64,000 bases of DNA from an uncultured Candidatus Rokubacteria bacterium (GCA_963805625.1 CAWDVE010000019.1:256001-320000), one strand, 5' to 3'; positions 49,471 to 59,436 are shown, counted from the first letter of the stretch. The notes: generated from the sequence alone by a model not told the origin. Numbers and translations: made by a program.

Positions 49471-49559
49471 CGGTCGCCTGGAGCCGACACGTAGCCGGCC
49501 AGGAGAAGCGCGGTGCCGAGACCTTCCGCGACCAGCGATCGAGCGCGGGGGCTCGGCAC
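49467..49559 (-). pseudogene. Internally deleted MIP/aquaglyceroporin (AqpS-like) remnant
   Basis: 30 aa MPSPRARSLVAEGLGTALLLAGYVSAPGDR; AExLGT is the MIP helix-1 signature; TGA overlaps the arsN ATG. Confidence 0.6.
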
Positions 49560-49577
49560 CGTCGTCTCGGCCGCCCC

Positions 49578-50396
49578 TCAGGCTGCCGGCTTCCTGGCGC
49601 GGACGAAGGCGCTCAGGAACTTCCCGTCGATCTGGGGAGCGATGACGTCGGCGTCCAGCCCCGTGCCGGCCAGGAAGTCGCGGGCGTCCTCGGCCCGATA
49701 GACGCGCGTCGGCTCGAGATCGATCTCCTCGAAGCCCGCTTTGGCCAGCTTCTCGCGGTACTCGTTCTCCTCGAGTGCGCCGGCAACGCAGCCGATCCAG
49801 AGCTCCACGCTTCGCCGGATCGCCGCGGGCACTTCACCTCGGACCACGACGTCGGAGACGGCGAAGCGCCCACCCGGCTTGAGCACGCGAAAGGCCTCGG
49901 CGAGGACGCGATCCTTGTCGGCCGAGAGATTGATGACGCAGTTCGAGATGATGACGTCCACCGTGTCGTCGGGCAGGGGGATGGCCTCGATCGCGCCCTT
50001 GAGGAACTCGACGTTCGAGACCCCGGCCTTCCGCTGGTTCTCACGGGCGAGCGCCAGCATCTCGTCGGTCATGTCCAGGCCGTACGCCTTGCCTGTCGGC
50101 CCGACGCGCTGGGCAGAGAGCAGGACGTCGATGCCACCGCCGGAGCCGAGGTCGAGCACGACCTCCCCGGGGCGGAGCTGGGCCAGGGCGGTGGGGTTGC
50201 CGCAGCCGAGGGAGGCGCGCACCGCCTCCTCGGGTAAGGCCGTCGTTTCCGAGGCGGCGTAGAGGTTCCCGGTCACGGGATCACAGCCGCTGCGAGACGA
50301 GACCGCGCCGCAGCACCCACCCTCGCCGCTCGTCACTCTGAGGGCGGCCTTCGCGTACTTGTCCCGGACGATCTCGGTGATGTTCGGCTTGCTCAT
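49578..50396 (-). CDS. arsM: Arsenite S-adenosylmethionine methyltransferase
   Basis: [33 protein letters not shown] motifs. Confidence 0.95.
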   Translation of the reverse strand: MSKPNITEIVRDKYAKAALRVTSGEGGCCGAVSSRSGCDPVTGNLYAASETTALPEEAVRASLGCGNPTALAQLRPGEVVLDLGSGGGIDVLLSAQRVGPTGKAYGLDMTDEMLALARENQRKAGVSNVEFLKGAIEAIPLPDDTVDVIISNCVINLSADKDRVLAEAFRVLKPGGRFAVSDVVVRGEVPAAIRRSVELWIGCVAGALEENEYREKLAKAGFEEIDLEPTRVYRAEDARDFLAGTGLDADVIAPQIDGKFLSAFVRARKPAA

Positions 50397-50438
50397 GGGA
50401 ATCTCCCTCTTTGTCGGATCCGGGGTCCTGGCCTCGGC

Positions 50439-50454
50439 ATCAAGAACGGTTGAT
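50439..50454 (-). promoter_or_regulatory. ArsR operator ATCAA-N6-TTGAT upstream of arsM
   Basis: Perfect inverted repeat with the same arms as the site at 50812-50827. Confidence 0.7.
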
Positions 50455-50472
50455 ATGTGGACGCAAAAAAAA

Positions 50473-50799
50473 TCACTCGCACCGGGAGGCGATCCGGAGG
50501 CCACGGCTTCTCGGTGCCCCGATGGCCCCCACGACGTCGCGGAGCTCGTCGACCGCCTCGGGTCTGAGCGTGTAGTAGATCCACCGTCCCTGGCGGCGAT
50601 CGGTCACGAGGCCGGCGTCCTTCAGGGTCTTGAGGTGGAAGGACAAGCGAGACTGGCCAGCCTCCAGCGCGTCGGTCAGATCGCAGACGCACTGCTCACC
50701 GTCGGCGAGCTGCTCGAGGATCCTGAGGCGTGTCTCGTCGGCCAGGGCGTGGAAGAGCCGTGCCGTGCGCTGTCCGTGGCGCGCTGTCGCCGTGCTCAT
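50473..50799 (-). CDS. arsR: ArsR family As(III)-responsive repressor
   Basis: [19 protein letters not shown] metal site, [19 protein letters not shown] motifs. Confidence 0.93.
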   Translation of the reverse strand: MSTATARHGQRTARLFHALADETRLRILEQLADGEQCVCDLTDALEAGQSRLSFHLKTLKDAGLVTDRRQGRWIYYTLRPEAVDELRDVVGAIGAPRSRGLRIASRCE

Positions 50800-50806
50800 G
50801 GCGGTT

Positions 50807-50834
50807 ATCATATCAATCTTTCTTGATCTGTCAA
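50807..50834 (-). promoter_or_regulatory. Sigma70 promoter of arsR-arsM with operator in the spacer
   Basis: Minus strand TTGACA-16 bp-TATGAT, 7 nt before the ATG; ATCAA-N6-TTGAT at 50812-50827. Confidence 0.75.
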
Positions 50835-51598
50835 GCCCCTGGCCTCTGGCCCCCGGCCTCTGGCTCCGCCATGGGACACGTGAACGCGTCCTTGCCGGCT
50901 GGTCCCGGGTCGGCCAGGCCCTCGAGGCGTGTGGGCGTCGCCCCCAGGGCTGCGACGTCTTCGAGGACCCAGGCGGCAAGGAGCCTGGCGGCGGCGGCGT
51001 AGTACGGGATCGGGGTCGCCACGCGGAGGGCCCCGGTGAAGGCCTCGGCCCAGCGCCCGAGGTGGTCGGTGAGGAACGCCACCTGTGCGGCGCGCGTCAC
51101 AGAGGCGCCGTCCCCATCGCCCTGGGCCAGGACGTAGGCTTCCTTCAGCGTGAGCGCGCTCATGAACTCGAGCTCGGCGGCGATGTGATCCTCCATGTCG
51201 GGCCGTGCCTCGGCGGGCATGAGCCCGAAGGCAGCGTAGAACCCGGCCACGTCGGCGAGCTCAGCAGACTTCCCGGCCATCCGCGGGACGGGGGCGTAGG
51301 CGCTCTCGTAGGGCGGGCAGCGGACCTGCCGATCGAAGAGGAAGACGTGCTCGCCAACGAGCACGCCGGGATCCGTGTCCCGCACGGCGGCGGCGAGGCA
51401 AGTGAGGTGCTGGCGGAGGTCCGGCGTGACCTCCGGGGCCTCCGCGACTTGCTCGGCAAGCGGCGCCAGCTCCGCGAGCACGCTTGGCGTGGGGTATCCG
51501 AATGCCCGCCCGAGGAGCCGGTAGATCCCGCCGCGCGTCAGGGCGCGGACCACCTCCGTTTCCTGGGAAGTTGGATGTCCCGTCGCCGGGGCGATCAT
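50831..51598 (-). CDS. TorD/DmsD-family molybdoenzyme maturation chaperone
   Basis: PPYESAY, DVAGFYAAFG, EDHIAAELEFM, FLTDHLGRW motifs; ATGA overlap with the gamma subunit gene. Confidence 0.9.
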   Translation of the reverse strand: MIAPATGHPTSQETEVVRALTRGGIYRLLGRAFGYPTPSVLAELAPLAEQVAEAPEVTPDLRQHLTCLAAAVRDTDPGVLVGEHVFLFDRQVRCPPYESAYAPVPRMAGKSAELADVAGFYAAFGLMPAEARPDMEDHIAAELEFMSALTLKEAYVLAQGDGDGASVTRAAQVAFLTDHLGRWAEAFTGALRVATPIPYYAAAARLLAAWVLEDVAALGATPTRLEGLADPGPAGKDAFTCPMAEPEAGGQRPGA

Positions 51599-52437
51599 CG
51601 CGCGATCCAGAGTGGCACCCACGAGGCCCAGGCCTTGCGCGCTCCCACCTCGCCGTGGCCGCCCTCCCACACCGCGAACGCCGCCACCGTCCGGGTGCCC
51701 GGCGTGAGCGGTGGCGCGTTGAGGTCGTCGGAGACCATGGGGCGTGTGATCACCACCCGCCAGAGGCCGTCGCGCCAGACGCCCATGCCGAGAGCGTGCT
51801 GATCCGGTTTGACCGTCATGGAGCCCCATCCCTCGGCCATCTGATCGAGGACCGGGGACGCCCGCCCCCGGGAGATCGGGTTCTCGAGGCCGAGGGCCCC
51901 CGTGTAGGGACGAGCGTCGGCGGCGCCCAGAACCTCGTCGGGATAGACGTCGGCCCAGGCGTTCGGGTAGAGGTCGCGGACCGTCGGGGTCCCGGAGTCG
52001 ATGTCGCGCTGGAAGGCGGCCCGCCACTGCATGATGTTGACCCGTCCGCCGGGGTTCCCCATCATCGGCGCCGGCGGCGAGGCCTTGACGTTGACCGGGA
52101 GCTGCACCGCGACCTGATCGCCGAAGTTGTCGAGGACGATCTTGTCGGACAGCGTGGGATCCTGCCACTCGAGCAGGAAGGCGATCCAGCCGCCATTGTG
52201 GACGGCCCGAACCACCAGTTCCCTCACGGCCGGGTCGGGCTTGTTCGGTAAAGCCATGACCTGGGGCTGCATCGCGACCTTGACGGGCCGCGCCTGTTTC
52301 CAGTAGGAGGCCTGGGCATCGGCCAGCGGTCCCGCGCCGGGGACACGCACCGCGGTGATGGCCGTCTCGGCCAGAGCCTGGGAAACGAGCCCGATGATGA
52401 TCGTTGCGACGAGGGAGAGGGCGACGCGCGCTCGCAT
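51595..52437 (-). CDS. Soluble periplasmic heme-b gamma subunit (EbdC/NxrC-like DOMON domain)
   Basis: Sec signal; LEWQD, DQVAVQLP, PMMG (Met ligand), VNIMQWRA, AFAVWEG...ARK (Lys ligand). Confidence 0.87.
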   Translation of the reverse strand: MRARVALSLVATIIIGLVSQALAETAITAVRVPGAGPLADAQASYWKQARPVKVAMQPQVMALPNKPDPAVRELVVRAVHNGGWIAFLLEWQDPTLSDKIVLDNFGDQVAVQLPVNVKASPPAPMMGNPGGRVNIMQWRAAFQRDIDSGTPTVRDLYPNAWADVYPDEVLGAADARPYTGALGLENPISRGRASPVLDQMAEGWGSMTVKPDQHALGMGVWRDGLWRVVITRPMVSDDLNAPPLTPGTRTVAAFAVWEGGHGEVGARKAWASWVPLWIAR

Positions 52438-52447
52438 GGGTGTCCTC

Positions 52448-53575
52448 TCAGGTGATGTTGGTGCGGTACGCCTTGTGCCTGATGTCGTAGAGCTCGCGCA
52501 CGATCACCGGCTCTCTCAGCGGGACGCGCACGATCTCGGCCTGTTTCGCGTCGTAGCCCACCGCCCAGTCGCCCGCGAGCCGGAAGTAGTGGATGATCTC
52601 CGGCGTCGAACCGAACAGCGTGAACACGGCCAGAAGCTTCTTGTCGTCCTTGGCCTGCCGGTACGTGTCGGCGGCGTGCTCGATCCCCCAGCCGAACATC
52701 TGCCGGAGGTAGGCGGGCGGGACGTGGATCGGCGGGATGTAGTAAGTGTTGGGTTCGAGCCCGAACTGTGGGTAGAGGGGAAGGGCCACCTTCTTGACGA
52801 AGATCAGGTAGTCGAGCGGATTGTCCTCGTTCACGCGATCCGACGGGCTCATGAACCCCTGGATGCGGATCTTGCCGATGCAGCTGATGGTGCACTGGGT
52901 CTGCCGCCCACCCTCGACGGCGGGGTAGCAGCCGATGCACTTCTCGCTCACCCGGGTCTGGGCGTTGAAGTACACCTTCTTGTAGGGACACGCACGGACA
53001 CACTCGCGGTAGCCGCGGCACCGGCTCTGGTCGAGGAGGACGATGCCGTCCTCCTTGCGCTTGTAGATCGACTGGCGGGGACAGGCCGAGAGGCACGCCG
53101 CGTACGTGCAGTGGTTGCAGATCCTGGGCAGGTAGAACATCCACTGCATGTGGGGCAGCGTGAGGTGGGCGCCCTGGCTCATGAGACCGGTACAGTCGTC
53201 CTCGCCGATGTTGGGGTGGGCGTAGTCCAGGTCGTCGGGGAGATACCCGAGGATCACTTCCCCCGTCGGGGCCGCGTCGTAGAGCGTTTTCCCCTGATAG
53301 ACGGGGCCGTCCATCGGCTGCACCCCGAGCCTGTCCAGGACGTTGACGTCCCAGCCGAGGGGATAGAAGCCATAGGGCTTCGTCTCGACGTTGTTCCAGT
53401 ACATGTACTCCTGGCCGCGCCCCGGGGTCCACGTCGTCTTGCACGCCACCGTGCACGTCTGGCAGGCGATGCACTTATTTGTGTCGAAGATCATGGCGAA
53501 CTGCCGGTCGGGACGCGGGGCCTCGTAGGGGAAGTCCATGTCCCGTCCAAGCTGCCAGTTGTAGACCTTGGCCAT
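52448..53575 (-). CDS. nxrB: Fe-S beta subunit of an NXR-like type II DMSO-reductase-family enzyme
   Basis: VYNWQLGR N-terminus; [39 protein letters not shown]...CTISC clusters. Confidence 0.88.
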   Translation of the reverse strand: MAKVYNWQLGRDMDFPYEAPRPDRQFAMIFDTNKCIACQTCTVACKTTWTPGRGQEYMYWNNVETKPYGFYPLGWDVNVLDRLGVQPMDGPVYQGKTLYDAAPTGEVILGYLPDDLDYAHPNIGEDDCTGLMSQGAHLTLPHMQWMFYLPRICNHCTYAACLSACPRQSIYKRKEDGIVLLDQSRCRGYRECVRACPYKKVYFNAQTRVSEKCIGCYPAVEGGRQTQCTISCIGKIRIQGFMSPSDRVNEDNPLDYLIFVKKVALPLYPQFGLEPNTYYIPPIHVPPAYLRQMFGWGIEHAADTYRQAKDDKKLLAVFTLFGSTPEIIHYFRLAGDWAVGYDAKQAEIVRVPLREPVIVRELYDIRHKAYRTNIT

Positions 53576-53589
53576 GGCGTCTCTCCTAC

Positions 53590-53655
53590 AGGGGGGGAGC
53601 GAGGGCCGCTCCTCCCCCTAGGCCCCCCCACCCTGGGCGAGCCTGGGGCTCGCCC
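53590..53655. repeat. Tandem GC-rich stem-loops between the alpha and beta subunit genes
   Basis: GGGCGAGCC-TGG-GGCTCGCCC perfect 9-bp stem at 53635-53655; bulged stem at 53590-53619. Confidence 0.55.
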
Positions 53656-53680
53656 GAGTGAATCAGTGCGTGATGTCGCA

Positions 53681-56600
53681 TCAAGCCTTACGGAGGACGA
53701 AGCCGCCGCCCAGGTACTGCTTCATCGCCGCGCTCTCGTTGGTGGGCTGGAGCCCGAGGGTGACCGGACGCCACAGCCCCTTGCCGCCGATGCCGCCATC
53801 CTCCGCCTTCAGCACACGGCACATTGCTTCCCGAGGCGCGCCGGTCACGCAATGGACGTCGACGTTGAACCCCTTCGTGACCTCGTGCGTCCAGCTCTTC
53901 CGGGTGATCAGGGACTGCGTCTGGTGCGTCGGCTTGAGCCACGACCGCGTCAGGCTCTGATGGGAGCCGTAGCGGAAGAACGCTTGGTAGTTGGTGTCGG
54001 GGTTCTTGGCCAGGCCGTCGGGACGGGTCTCGTGGCCCCGGACGGAGCCGGGGGTCGCCATGTAGCCGTTGTGCCACATCCGCATGATCCCGCGCGGGGT
54101 GCCCGGGTAGTAGCGCGCCCGGCAGAGCAGGCGCGCGATCTTGGCCTCCGCCTCGCGCCCCTTCGCCTGCCAGCCCTTGAAGGGGTTGTCCTGGGGATCG
54201 CCGTCGACATAGACGTAGTCGCCGTCGTGGATGCCGAGCTCCCGGGCGTCGAGCGGGTTGAGGTCGATGTAGGCCTCGCCGGTATGCGGCGAGCGCTTGT
54301 CGCGCCGATACATGTCGCCGAACGGGCCGAAGAAGTTCGACATGATGTCGGTGTCGATCGGCGTGGTGTGGGAGCCGTGCCGGTACTTCGGCGTGTGGAA
54401 GACGGCCTTGTAGCCGGCGGGAAGGAGCGGGTGCTCGGTCCGGAGCAGCTCCTCCGGCGTCAGGACCACGTTGCGTCCCTGGCGGGCTGACCAGTCGCGC
54501 TTCGCCCGGTCGAACCCGTAGTCCTCCGGGGTCTTCGGCTGGATGGCCGGGTGCGGCCGGGCCACGATCACGTTCGGATCGTAGAAGGTCGAGTCCACCG
54601 GCTCCCGGTAGACGGGCAGGTTCTCCCCGGCCTCGAGGAACTCCGACTCGCCGCGATAGAACTCGAGCCGCCCCGTCTTCGTGTACCAGGGCTTGGACTC
54701 GTGGACCTGCTCCCACGAGAAGGTCCGCGGATAGGTGCGCACGTTCATGAGGGCGGGGATCCCCTGGCTCGCGAGCGCTTCCAGGTCACGGATCTGGTAG
54801 CCGCGGAGGGGTGCGCTGGCGTCGATGATCCGCTGGAGGTAGACCTCGACCTGGTTCTCCCCGACGAGCTTCCAGTAGTCGGTGAAGCGACGGTCGCCGG
54901 TGAGCTGGGCCAGGGCCGTTGCCACCCCCGCGTAGGTGTCCATGTCGCTGACGGTGCCGAAATTGCGGCGCAGCGGCGTTCGCGGGAACACCTGGACGAA
55001 CGGATTGGTGTTGGACGCCGTCAGATCCGGGTACTTGAACTCCATCCAGGAGTCGATGCCGTAGACGACGTCGGCGTATTCGCAGGAGCCGGACCACCAC
55101 CACTCGTTGACGACCACGCACTCCTGGCGGGGGAGTGTATTGAAGACGACGTTATAGTGGTACTTCGTGTTGGCGATCTGAGAGTTCGAGTTGGTGAGCC
55201 AGATCGCCTTGGTCGGGGTCGGCACATGGGCCCCCGTGGTGAACTGCTTCTGGCCCTCCCGGTGGACGACTTCACCGGCCGCATAGTAGTGGAGCGACTC
55301 GGGACGCAGGTAGCTCCGCACCTTCACAGGGCCGGCGGGATCGAGCTGGGCATTGAAGGGATCCTCGGTCGTCCACAAGGGCATGCCGGAGAACAGCGTG
55401 TTGCGGTAGGTCCCGGCGTACGACCCGACGTTACCGCCGTGCCGGCCGATGTTGCCGGTCAGTGCGGCCAGCAGGAAGACGGCGCGGTCCTTGAGGTCGT
55501 TGTTGAAGAACTGGTTCGGCCCCATGCCGATGGCGAAGAGAGTCTTGCCGCCGTTCGCTGCGATCTCGCGGGCGAGGGCCACGATGGCCTCGGCCGGGGC
55601 CCACGTGATCTTCGACACGGTGTCCGGGGTCATGGTCTCGACCAGGTACTGGCGGAGCAAGTCGAAGACCGGCCGGGCCTGGACCTTGGTCCCATCGGCC
55701 AGCGTGACCTCGAAGCTGCCTTCGAGCGCGGGATCGATCCCGGCCTTCGAGAAGTGCTCGCCGACCTGATCGTGACCGACGGCGACGGGTCGGCCCGCGT
55801 GGATATCCCACATCACGAACTCGCCGAACTCCGAGCGCAGCGCCTCGGGGATCTGGATGCCATTCTGCTGCGGCGTGGGCGAAGCCACCTGGCCGGTCTT
55901 CACTACGTTGACCCAGTTCGTGAAGTCGGCCTCCTGGTGGCCTGGGAACACGTCGCGGGCCATGAGCGGTGCGCGCGTGTCCATGCGCACGAGGCGGGGG
56001 AGGTCGGTGAAGCGCTTGACGAACTCGGCGTCGTAGCGCCGCTCGCTCAGGAGTACCTGGGCGAGCCCGAGGGCGAAGGCGGGGTCGGTGCCGGGCCGGA
56101 TGACGATGACCTCGTCGCCCTTGTTGGCCGTCGCGCTGTACTCGACGGTGATGACCACGACCCTCGTGCCCTTGAGGCGCGCCTCGGTCATCCAGTGGCT
56201 GTCGGGCATCTTGGTGGTGATCCAGTTCATCCCCCAGACCAGGAGGAGGTTCGAGTTCTCGGCGTCGAACAGCTCCCAGTCCGAGGTCTGGTCGCCGTGG
56301 ACCATCGGGTGGCCCGGCGGGAGGTCGGTGTGCCAGGAGTAGGAGTCCCAGGAGCCGGAGCCCATCGCCCGGTCAGGGCCGACCCCGCGCACGTGGGCGT
56401 CGAGCAGGGCCAGCATGTTGCCGAAGCGGAAGGTCCCGAAGATGCGCGTCGCGCCGAGCTTGGCCATTCCGCCCCGCACCTTCGAGGTCCGGATCCCGGC
56501 GCCGCCCAGCGCCTCCACCATCGCGAGGTCATATCCCTGGGCCAGGAGGTAGTTACGCCCCTGCTCGCCGCTGTAGGTGCGCGCGATGTTCTCGAGGGCC

Positions 56601-57145
56601 CGGGCGTGGAGGCGATAGGCCTCCTCGAAAGGCACCCGCACGAAACCATCCCACCCCCGCTTCATTGACTCCGCCGGTGCGCGGCCGGTGACCGGGTCGC
56701 GCGGGAAGCCCTGCTCGACCCATTCCTTGAAGCCCTTCCTCACGAACGCGCCCTTGACCCGCCGGTCGCCGTAGAGGCGGCGCCCGAGGACGAGCCCCTT
56801 CTGGCAGCAGCGCGGGTCCCAGCGGTGCGACGCCCGGTTGCCGGCGAGGTCTGTCGCCTTGCCGTAGCCGTACGTCGGCTCGATACGCACCAGGACGTTG
56901 TTCTTCACGAAGCCACGCAGGAGGCAGTTGTGGGTGTCGTTCGGGGCGCACAGGAACGTGAACGTCCGGTCGTGACGGAAGATGTCGCGGTAGATGCGCT
57001 CCCAGTCGCGGTTCGGGTACTGGGCGAGGGGATTCGGGACGCGGACCGGATCGAGGAAGCGGTACTGGGCCAGGAGGTCGCCCGGGCTTGCTACCGCGCC
57101 AAACCCGGCCATTGCCGCCAGTTGGAGAAACCGCCGTCGGTCCAT
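53681..57145 (-). CDS. nxrA: Tat-exported molybdopterin alpha subunit, periplasmic (anammox/Nitrospira-lineage) nitrite oxidoreductase-like
   Basis: DRRRFLQ Tat motif; CAPNDTHNC...[11 protein letters not shown]0 site; [11 protein letters not shown] Mo-ligand Asp; TPKYRHGSH. Substrate not proven. Confidence 0.85.
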   Translation of the reverse strand: MDRRRFLQLAAMAGFGAVASPGDLLAQYRFLDPVRVPNPLAQYPNRDWERIYRDIFRHDRTFTFLCAPNDTHNCLLRGFVKNNVLVRIEPTYGYGKATDLAGNRASHRWDPRCCQKGLVLGRRLYGDRRVKGAFVRKGFKEWVEQGFPRDPVTGRAPAESMKRGWDGFVRVPFEEAYRLHARALENIARTYSGEQGRNYLLAQGYDLAMVEALGGAGIRTSKVRGGMAKLGATRIFGTFRFGNMLALLDAHVRGVGPDRAMGSGSWDSYSWHTDLPPGHPMVHGDQTSDWELFDAENSNLLLVWGMNWITTKMPDSHWMTEARLKGTRVVVITVEYSATANKGDEVIVIRPGTDPAFALGLAQVLLSERRYDAEFVKRFTDLPRLVRMDTRAPLMARDVFPGHQEADFTNWVNVVKTGQVASPTPQQNGIQIPEALRSEFGEFVMWDIHAGRPVAVGHDQVGEHFSKAGIDPALEGSFEVTLADGTKVQARPVFDLLRQYLVETMTPDTVSKITWAPAEAIVALAREIAANGGKTLFAIGMGPNQFFNNDLKDRAVFLLAALTGNIGRHGGNVGSYAGTYRNTLFSGMPLWTTEDPFNAQLDPAGPVKVRSYLRPESLHYYAAGEVVHREGQKQFTTGAHVPTPTKAIWLTNSNSQIANTKYHYNVVFNTLPRQECVVVNEWWWSGSCEYADVVYGIDSWMEFKYPDLTASNTNPFVQVFPRTPLRRNFGTVSDMDTYAGVATALAQLTGDRRFTDYWKLVGENQVEVYLQRIIDASAPLRGYQIRDLEALASQGIPALMNVRTYPRTFSWEQVHESKPWYTKTGRLEFYRGESEFLEAGENLPVYREPVDSTFYDPNVIVARPHPAIQPKTPEDYGFDRAKRDWSARQGRNVVLTPEELLRTEHPLLPAGYKAVFHTPKYRHGSHTTPIDTDIMSNFFGPFGDMYRRDKRSPHTGEAYIDLNPLDARELGIHDGDYVYVDGDPQDNPFKGWQAKGREAEAKIARLLCRARYYPGTPRGIMRMWHNGYMATPGSVRGHETRPDGLAKNPDTNYQAFFRYGSHQSLTRSWLKPTHQTQSLITRKSWTHEVTKGFNVDVHCVTGAPREAMCRVLKAEDGGIGGKGLWRPVTLGLQPTNESAAMKQYLGGGFVLRKA

Positions 57146-57204
57146 CGTCGCTCCCCTCAGCGCTCCGGATGGTGGTGCGCGGCTTTCACTTGCCCGGGGC
57201 CTTT

Positions 57205-57220
57205 CGCAAGACGGGTGCCA
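57205..57220 (-). promoter_or_regulatory. Sigma54 (-24/-12) promoter of the NXR-like operon
   Basis: TGGCAC-CCGTC-TTGCG on the minus strand, about 60 bp upstream of the ATG. Confidence 0.75.
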
Positions 57221-57292
57221 CGGTGCACGCACAGAAAGTGCCCGGCGAGAGGGGGCGGCGGCCACCCTCGTGCGAGGAGCCTCATGAGGTCG

Positions 57293-57330
57293 TGGGGCAA
57301 CGATGACGCGGGTGGGGCGTCACCGCCCCA
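57293..57330. promoter_or_regulatory. Putative enhancer (UAS): tandem TGGGGC-N6-GCCCCA-type sites
   Basis: Palindrome TGGGGCG-TCAC-CGCCCCA at 57313-57330 and a degenerate copy 20 bp away. Confidence 0.5.
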
Positions 57331-57432
57331 TCGTCGCGTGCATCGGCCGGTTCGGAAGGACGTGTGTTACCGGCCCTGGCTCGCCTGCTGCTCGGGTCTT
57401 ACCGTCTCCCTCGCTCAGGTAGGCGGACCAAG

Positions 57433-58374
57433 CTAGGTGGATCCGGGGGAGGGCGGGGCGCTCGGAGGGTCCGAGAAGCCTTGCTCAGGACCGTGTCCGG
57501 CCAGGACTTGCGCGACGAGCCCCCGGAGCTCGCCCACGCTGAACGGCTTCGCGAGGAAAGCCGCCGCTCCGGCTTTGCGAGCCTGATGGGCCGTCTCCGT
57601 GGACCCGTACCCGGTGACGATGACAACCGGGACGTGAGGTGCGACCTGCCGCGCCCGGGTAAGGAGCGTCAGCCCGTCCATCCCGGGCATGCGCAAGTCG
57701 GCGAGGATCAGATCGAGGAGCCGACCGCGGACCAGGGCCAACGCCTCCTCGCCGCCGGTCGCGGTCAGGGAGTCGTGCCCGCTCAACCGAAGAATGCGGA
57801 CGCAGGTCTCCAGCATGTCGGGATCGTCGTCGACGATCAGGATCGTCCGTCGGCCGGCGCGACGCGCCTCCATGCGAGGCGCAAGGGTCCGGACGAATTC
57901 GGCAAGATCGGACGCACCCAGCCGCTCTGCCATCGTTGCGAGCTTCCCGAGGTGCCCTCCTGGGGCGGGGAGGAACGGGCCGGGATCGCGGTCGCGAGGG
58001 ACCGCCCCAACGAGGTCCGCCAGCGCCCGACTGGCTTCTGATGTTTCGATCGCGATCGCCGCCGCCAATGCGTCCGCACTCGAGCTGATCCCGCGCTCGA
58101 TCCGCTGCCGGTGCTGTCGGATCTCCTGGAGCGCGGCCGCCAGGGGTGCGGCTGGGAGCGCCGGCAGGCTGGCGAGGAGCCCCTCGGCGAGCAGAGATCC
58201 CTGGAGGCCGCGCACCCAGCTCGCGTGCTGGCGCTCCTCCTCCGCCAGGTCCGACCAGAGAGCGCGCAGCTCCGGCGGATCGGCGGAGCGGCGGGCGAGC
58301 CCCTCGTAGAAGGCCGCCGTCTCGGTCTCGATCTCGAGGAGGAGCGCGATCGACCGCACGAGCTCGGTGATCAT
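57433..58374 (-). CDS. Response regulator: ferritin/rubrerythrin-like N-terminal domain plus C-terminal REC domain
   Basis: IE..AAFY...LAEEERQH; then ILIVDDD, ADLRMPGMDG, IVTG, LAKPF. Confidence 0.82.
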   Translation of the reverse strand: MITELVRSIALLLEIETETAAFYEGLARRSADPPELRALWSDLAEEERQHASWVRGLQGSLLAEGLLASLPALPAAPLAAALQEIRQHRQRIERGISSSADALAAAIAIETSEASRALADLVGAVPRDRDPGPFLPAPGGHLGKLATMAERLGASDLAEFVRTLAPRMEARRAGRRTILIVDDDPDMLETCVRILRLSGHDSLTATGGEEALALVRGRLLDLILADLRMPGMDGLTLLTRARQVAPHVPVVIVTGYGSTETAHQARKAGAAAFLAKPFSVGELRGLVAQVLAGHGPEQGFSDPPSAPPSPGST

Positions 58375-58546
58375 CCGATTGCGAGCAAGTCGTCCGATGG
58401 GGCGGTTGACGACGAGGGACGTGGCAAGGGAGGCTCCTGCCGCCTAGGGCCGCACGCGACGGGCCTGGCGGCGCCCGCCAGGCCGCCCGCCCTCGAACCG
58501 CGCGCCACGCGCGCGAGCCGCTCGAGCCCGGTGGCCCCGCTCGCGG

Positions 58547-59251
58547 TCACACCGATGGCACCGGCCGTCGCCGATCTCTGGCCAGGCGCTCGGCCCGTTC
58601 CTTGATGCCGAGGAGCATGCGGCGCTCCATGACGAAGTGCGCGGGCTCCCAGAAGAGGTAATGCGCGAGGCGACCCCAGGGGCCGGCGCCCCGGCTTCGG
58701 ACGATCAGCCGCGTGGCGCATTCGCCTCGCGGCTCCAGCACGAAGGCGCCCCATCCCTCCAGCACCAGTGCCCGGTTGGGCTCGATCGCCAGGACCTTCC
58801 AGCCGGCCACGGCGGCGAGGCGGCCGCCGAGCATGTCGGGGGGCGCCGACGGGATGAAGTCCCCCGGACTCAGGCGCTGGTGCTCCGGGAGGATTGTCCG
58901 TGCGGAGCGGTAGCCCGGGGTGCCACGCAGGAGCCGCACGAACAGGTTCTCGAGCCCGTCGTAGCTGTAGAAGCCGCCTCGGCCATAGCCGATCTGTACC
59001 AGCCACGGCCACACGTCCTCGACCGGCGCCCTGATCGTGACGGCGCGGGTCGACCCGACGGCCGAATCCTTCGCGAGGTCGTCACCGGGCAGGCCTCGCG
59101 TGACCTCCTCGTCCGTGGCGCCCCAGCGAAGATACCAGGGGCGTGCGACGAGGGCGAACGCGGCTCCCGCCGCACCGGCCGTCACCAGGCCTCGGAGCGC
59201 GCGCGCAACCGGTCGTGGGCTCGCGGCGTCTGGGACGAGAACTGCCCGCAT
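58547..59251 (-). CDS. SRPBCC family protein
   Basis: [50 protein letters not shown] motifs. Confidence 0.85.
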   Translation of the reverse strand: MRAVLVPDAASPRPVARALRGLVTAGAAGAAFALVARPWYLRWGATDEEVTRGLPGDDLAKDSAVGSTRAVTIRAPVEDVWPWLVQIGYGRGGFYSYDGLENLFVRLLRGTPGYRSARTILPEHQRLSPGDFIPSAPPDMLGGRLAAVAGWKVLAIEPNRALVLEGWGAFVLEPRGECATRLIVRSRGAGPWGRLAHYLFWEPAHFVMERRMLLGIKERAERLARDRRRPVPSV

Positions 59252-59260
59252 GCCTGGGAA

Positions 59261-59276
59261 AGCAACGGTGATGCCA
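59261..59276 (-). promoter_or_regulatory. Sigma54 promoter upstream of the SRPBCC gene
   Basis: TGGCAT-CACCG-TTGCT on the minus strand. Confidence 0.65.
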
Positions 59277-59356
59277 CGTCACGGGACTGGTAGTTTCAGG
59301 TGTGCGCCCGTCCGGCAAGTGCGTTGGGAACCGAAATCAGCTGAATGCCATGGTTC

Positions 59357-59436
59357 TGGGACGCACATGCCCGCGGGGGCCAGGGCTCGATTGTGCGCTG
59401 GTGACTCCGGTGCCCCACTGGGGCGGAATCGCCCCG
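59357..59436. promoter_or_regulatory. Putative enhancer sites related to 57293-57330
   Basis: TGGGGC-GGAATC-GCCCCG (59419-59436), GGTGAC-N6-GCCCCA (59400-59417), TGGGAC-N6-GCCCGC (59357-59374). Confidence 0.45.

Noticed and set aside
48949-50396. Arsinothricin biosynthetic cluster
   Set aside because: arsM and arsN are present but there is no radical-SAM arsL in the window; resistance is the simpler reading.
53681-57145. Assignment as AioA, ArrA/ArxA or cytoplasmic NarG
   Set aside because: The Tat signal, CxxxDxxxC FS0 motif, Asp Mo ligand and EbdC-type gamma subunit fit the periplasmic NXR-like clade; there is no Rieske subunit or NarI.
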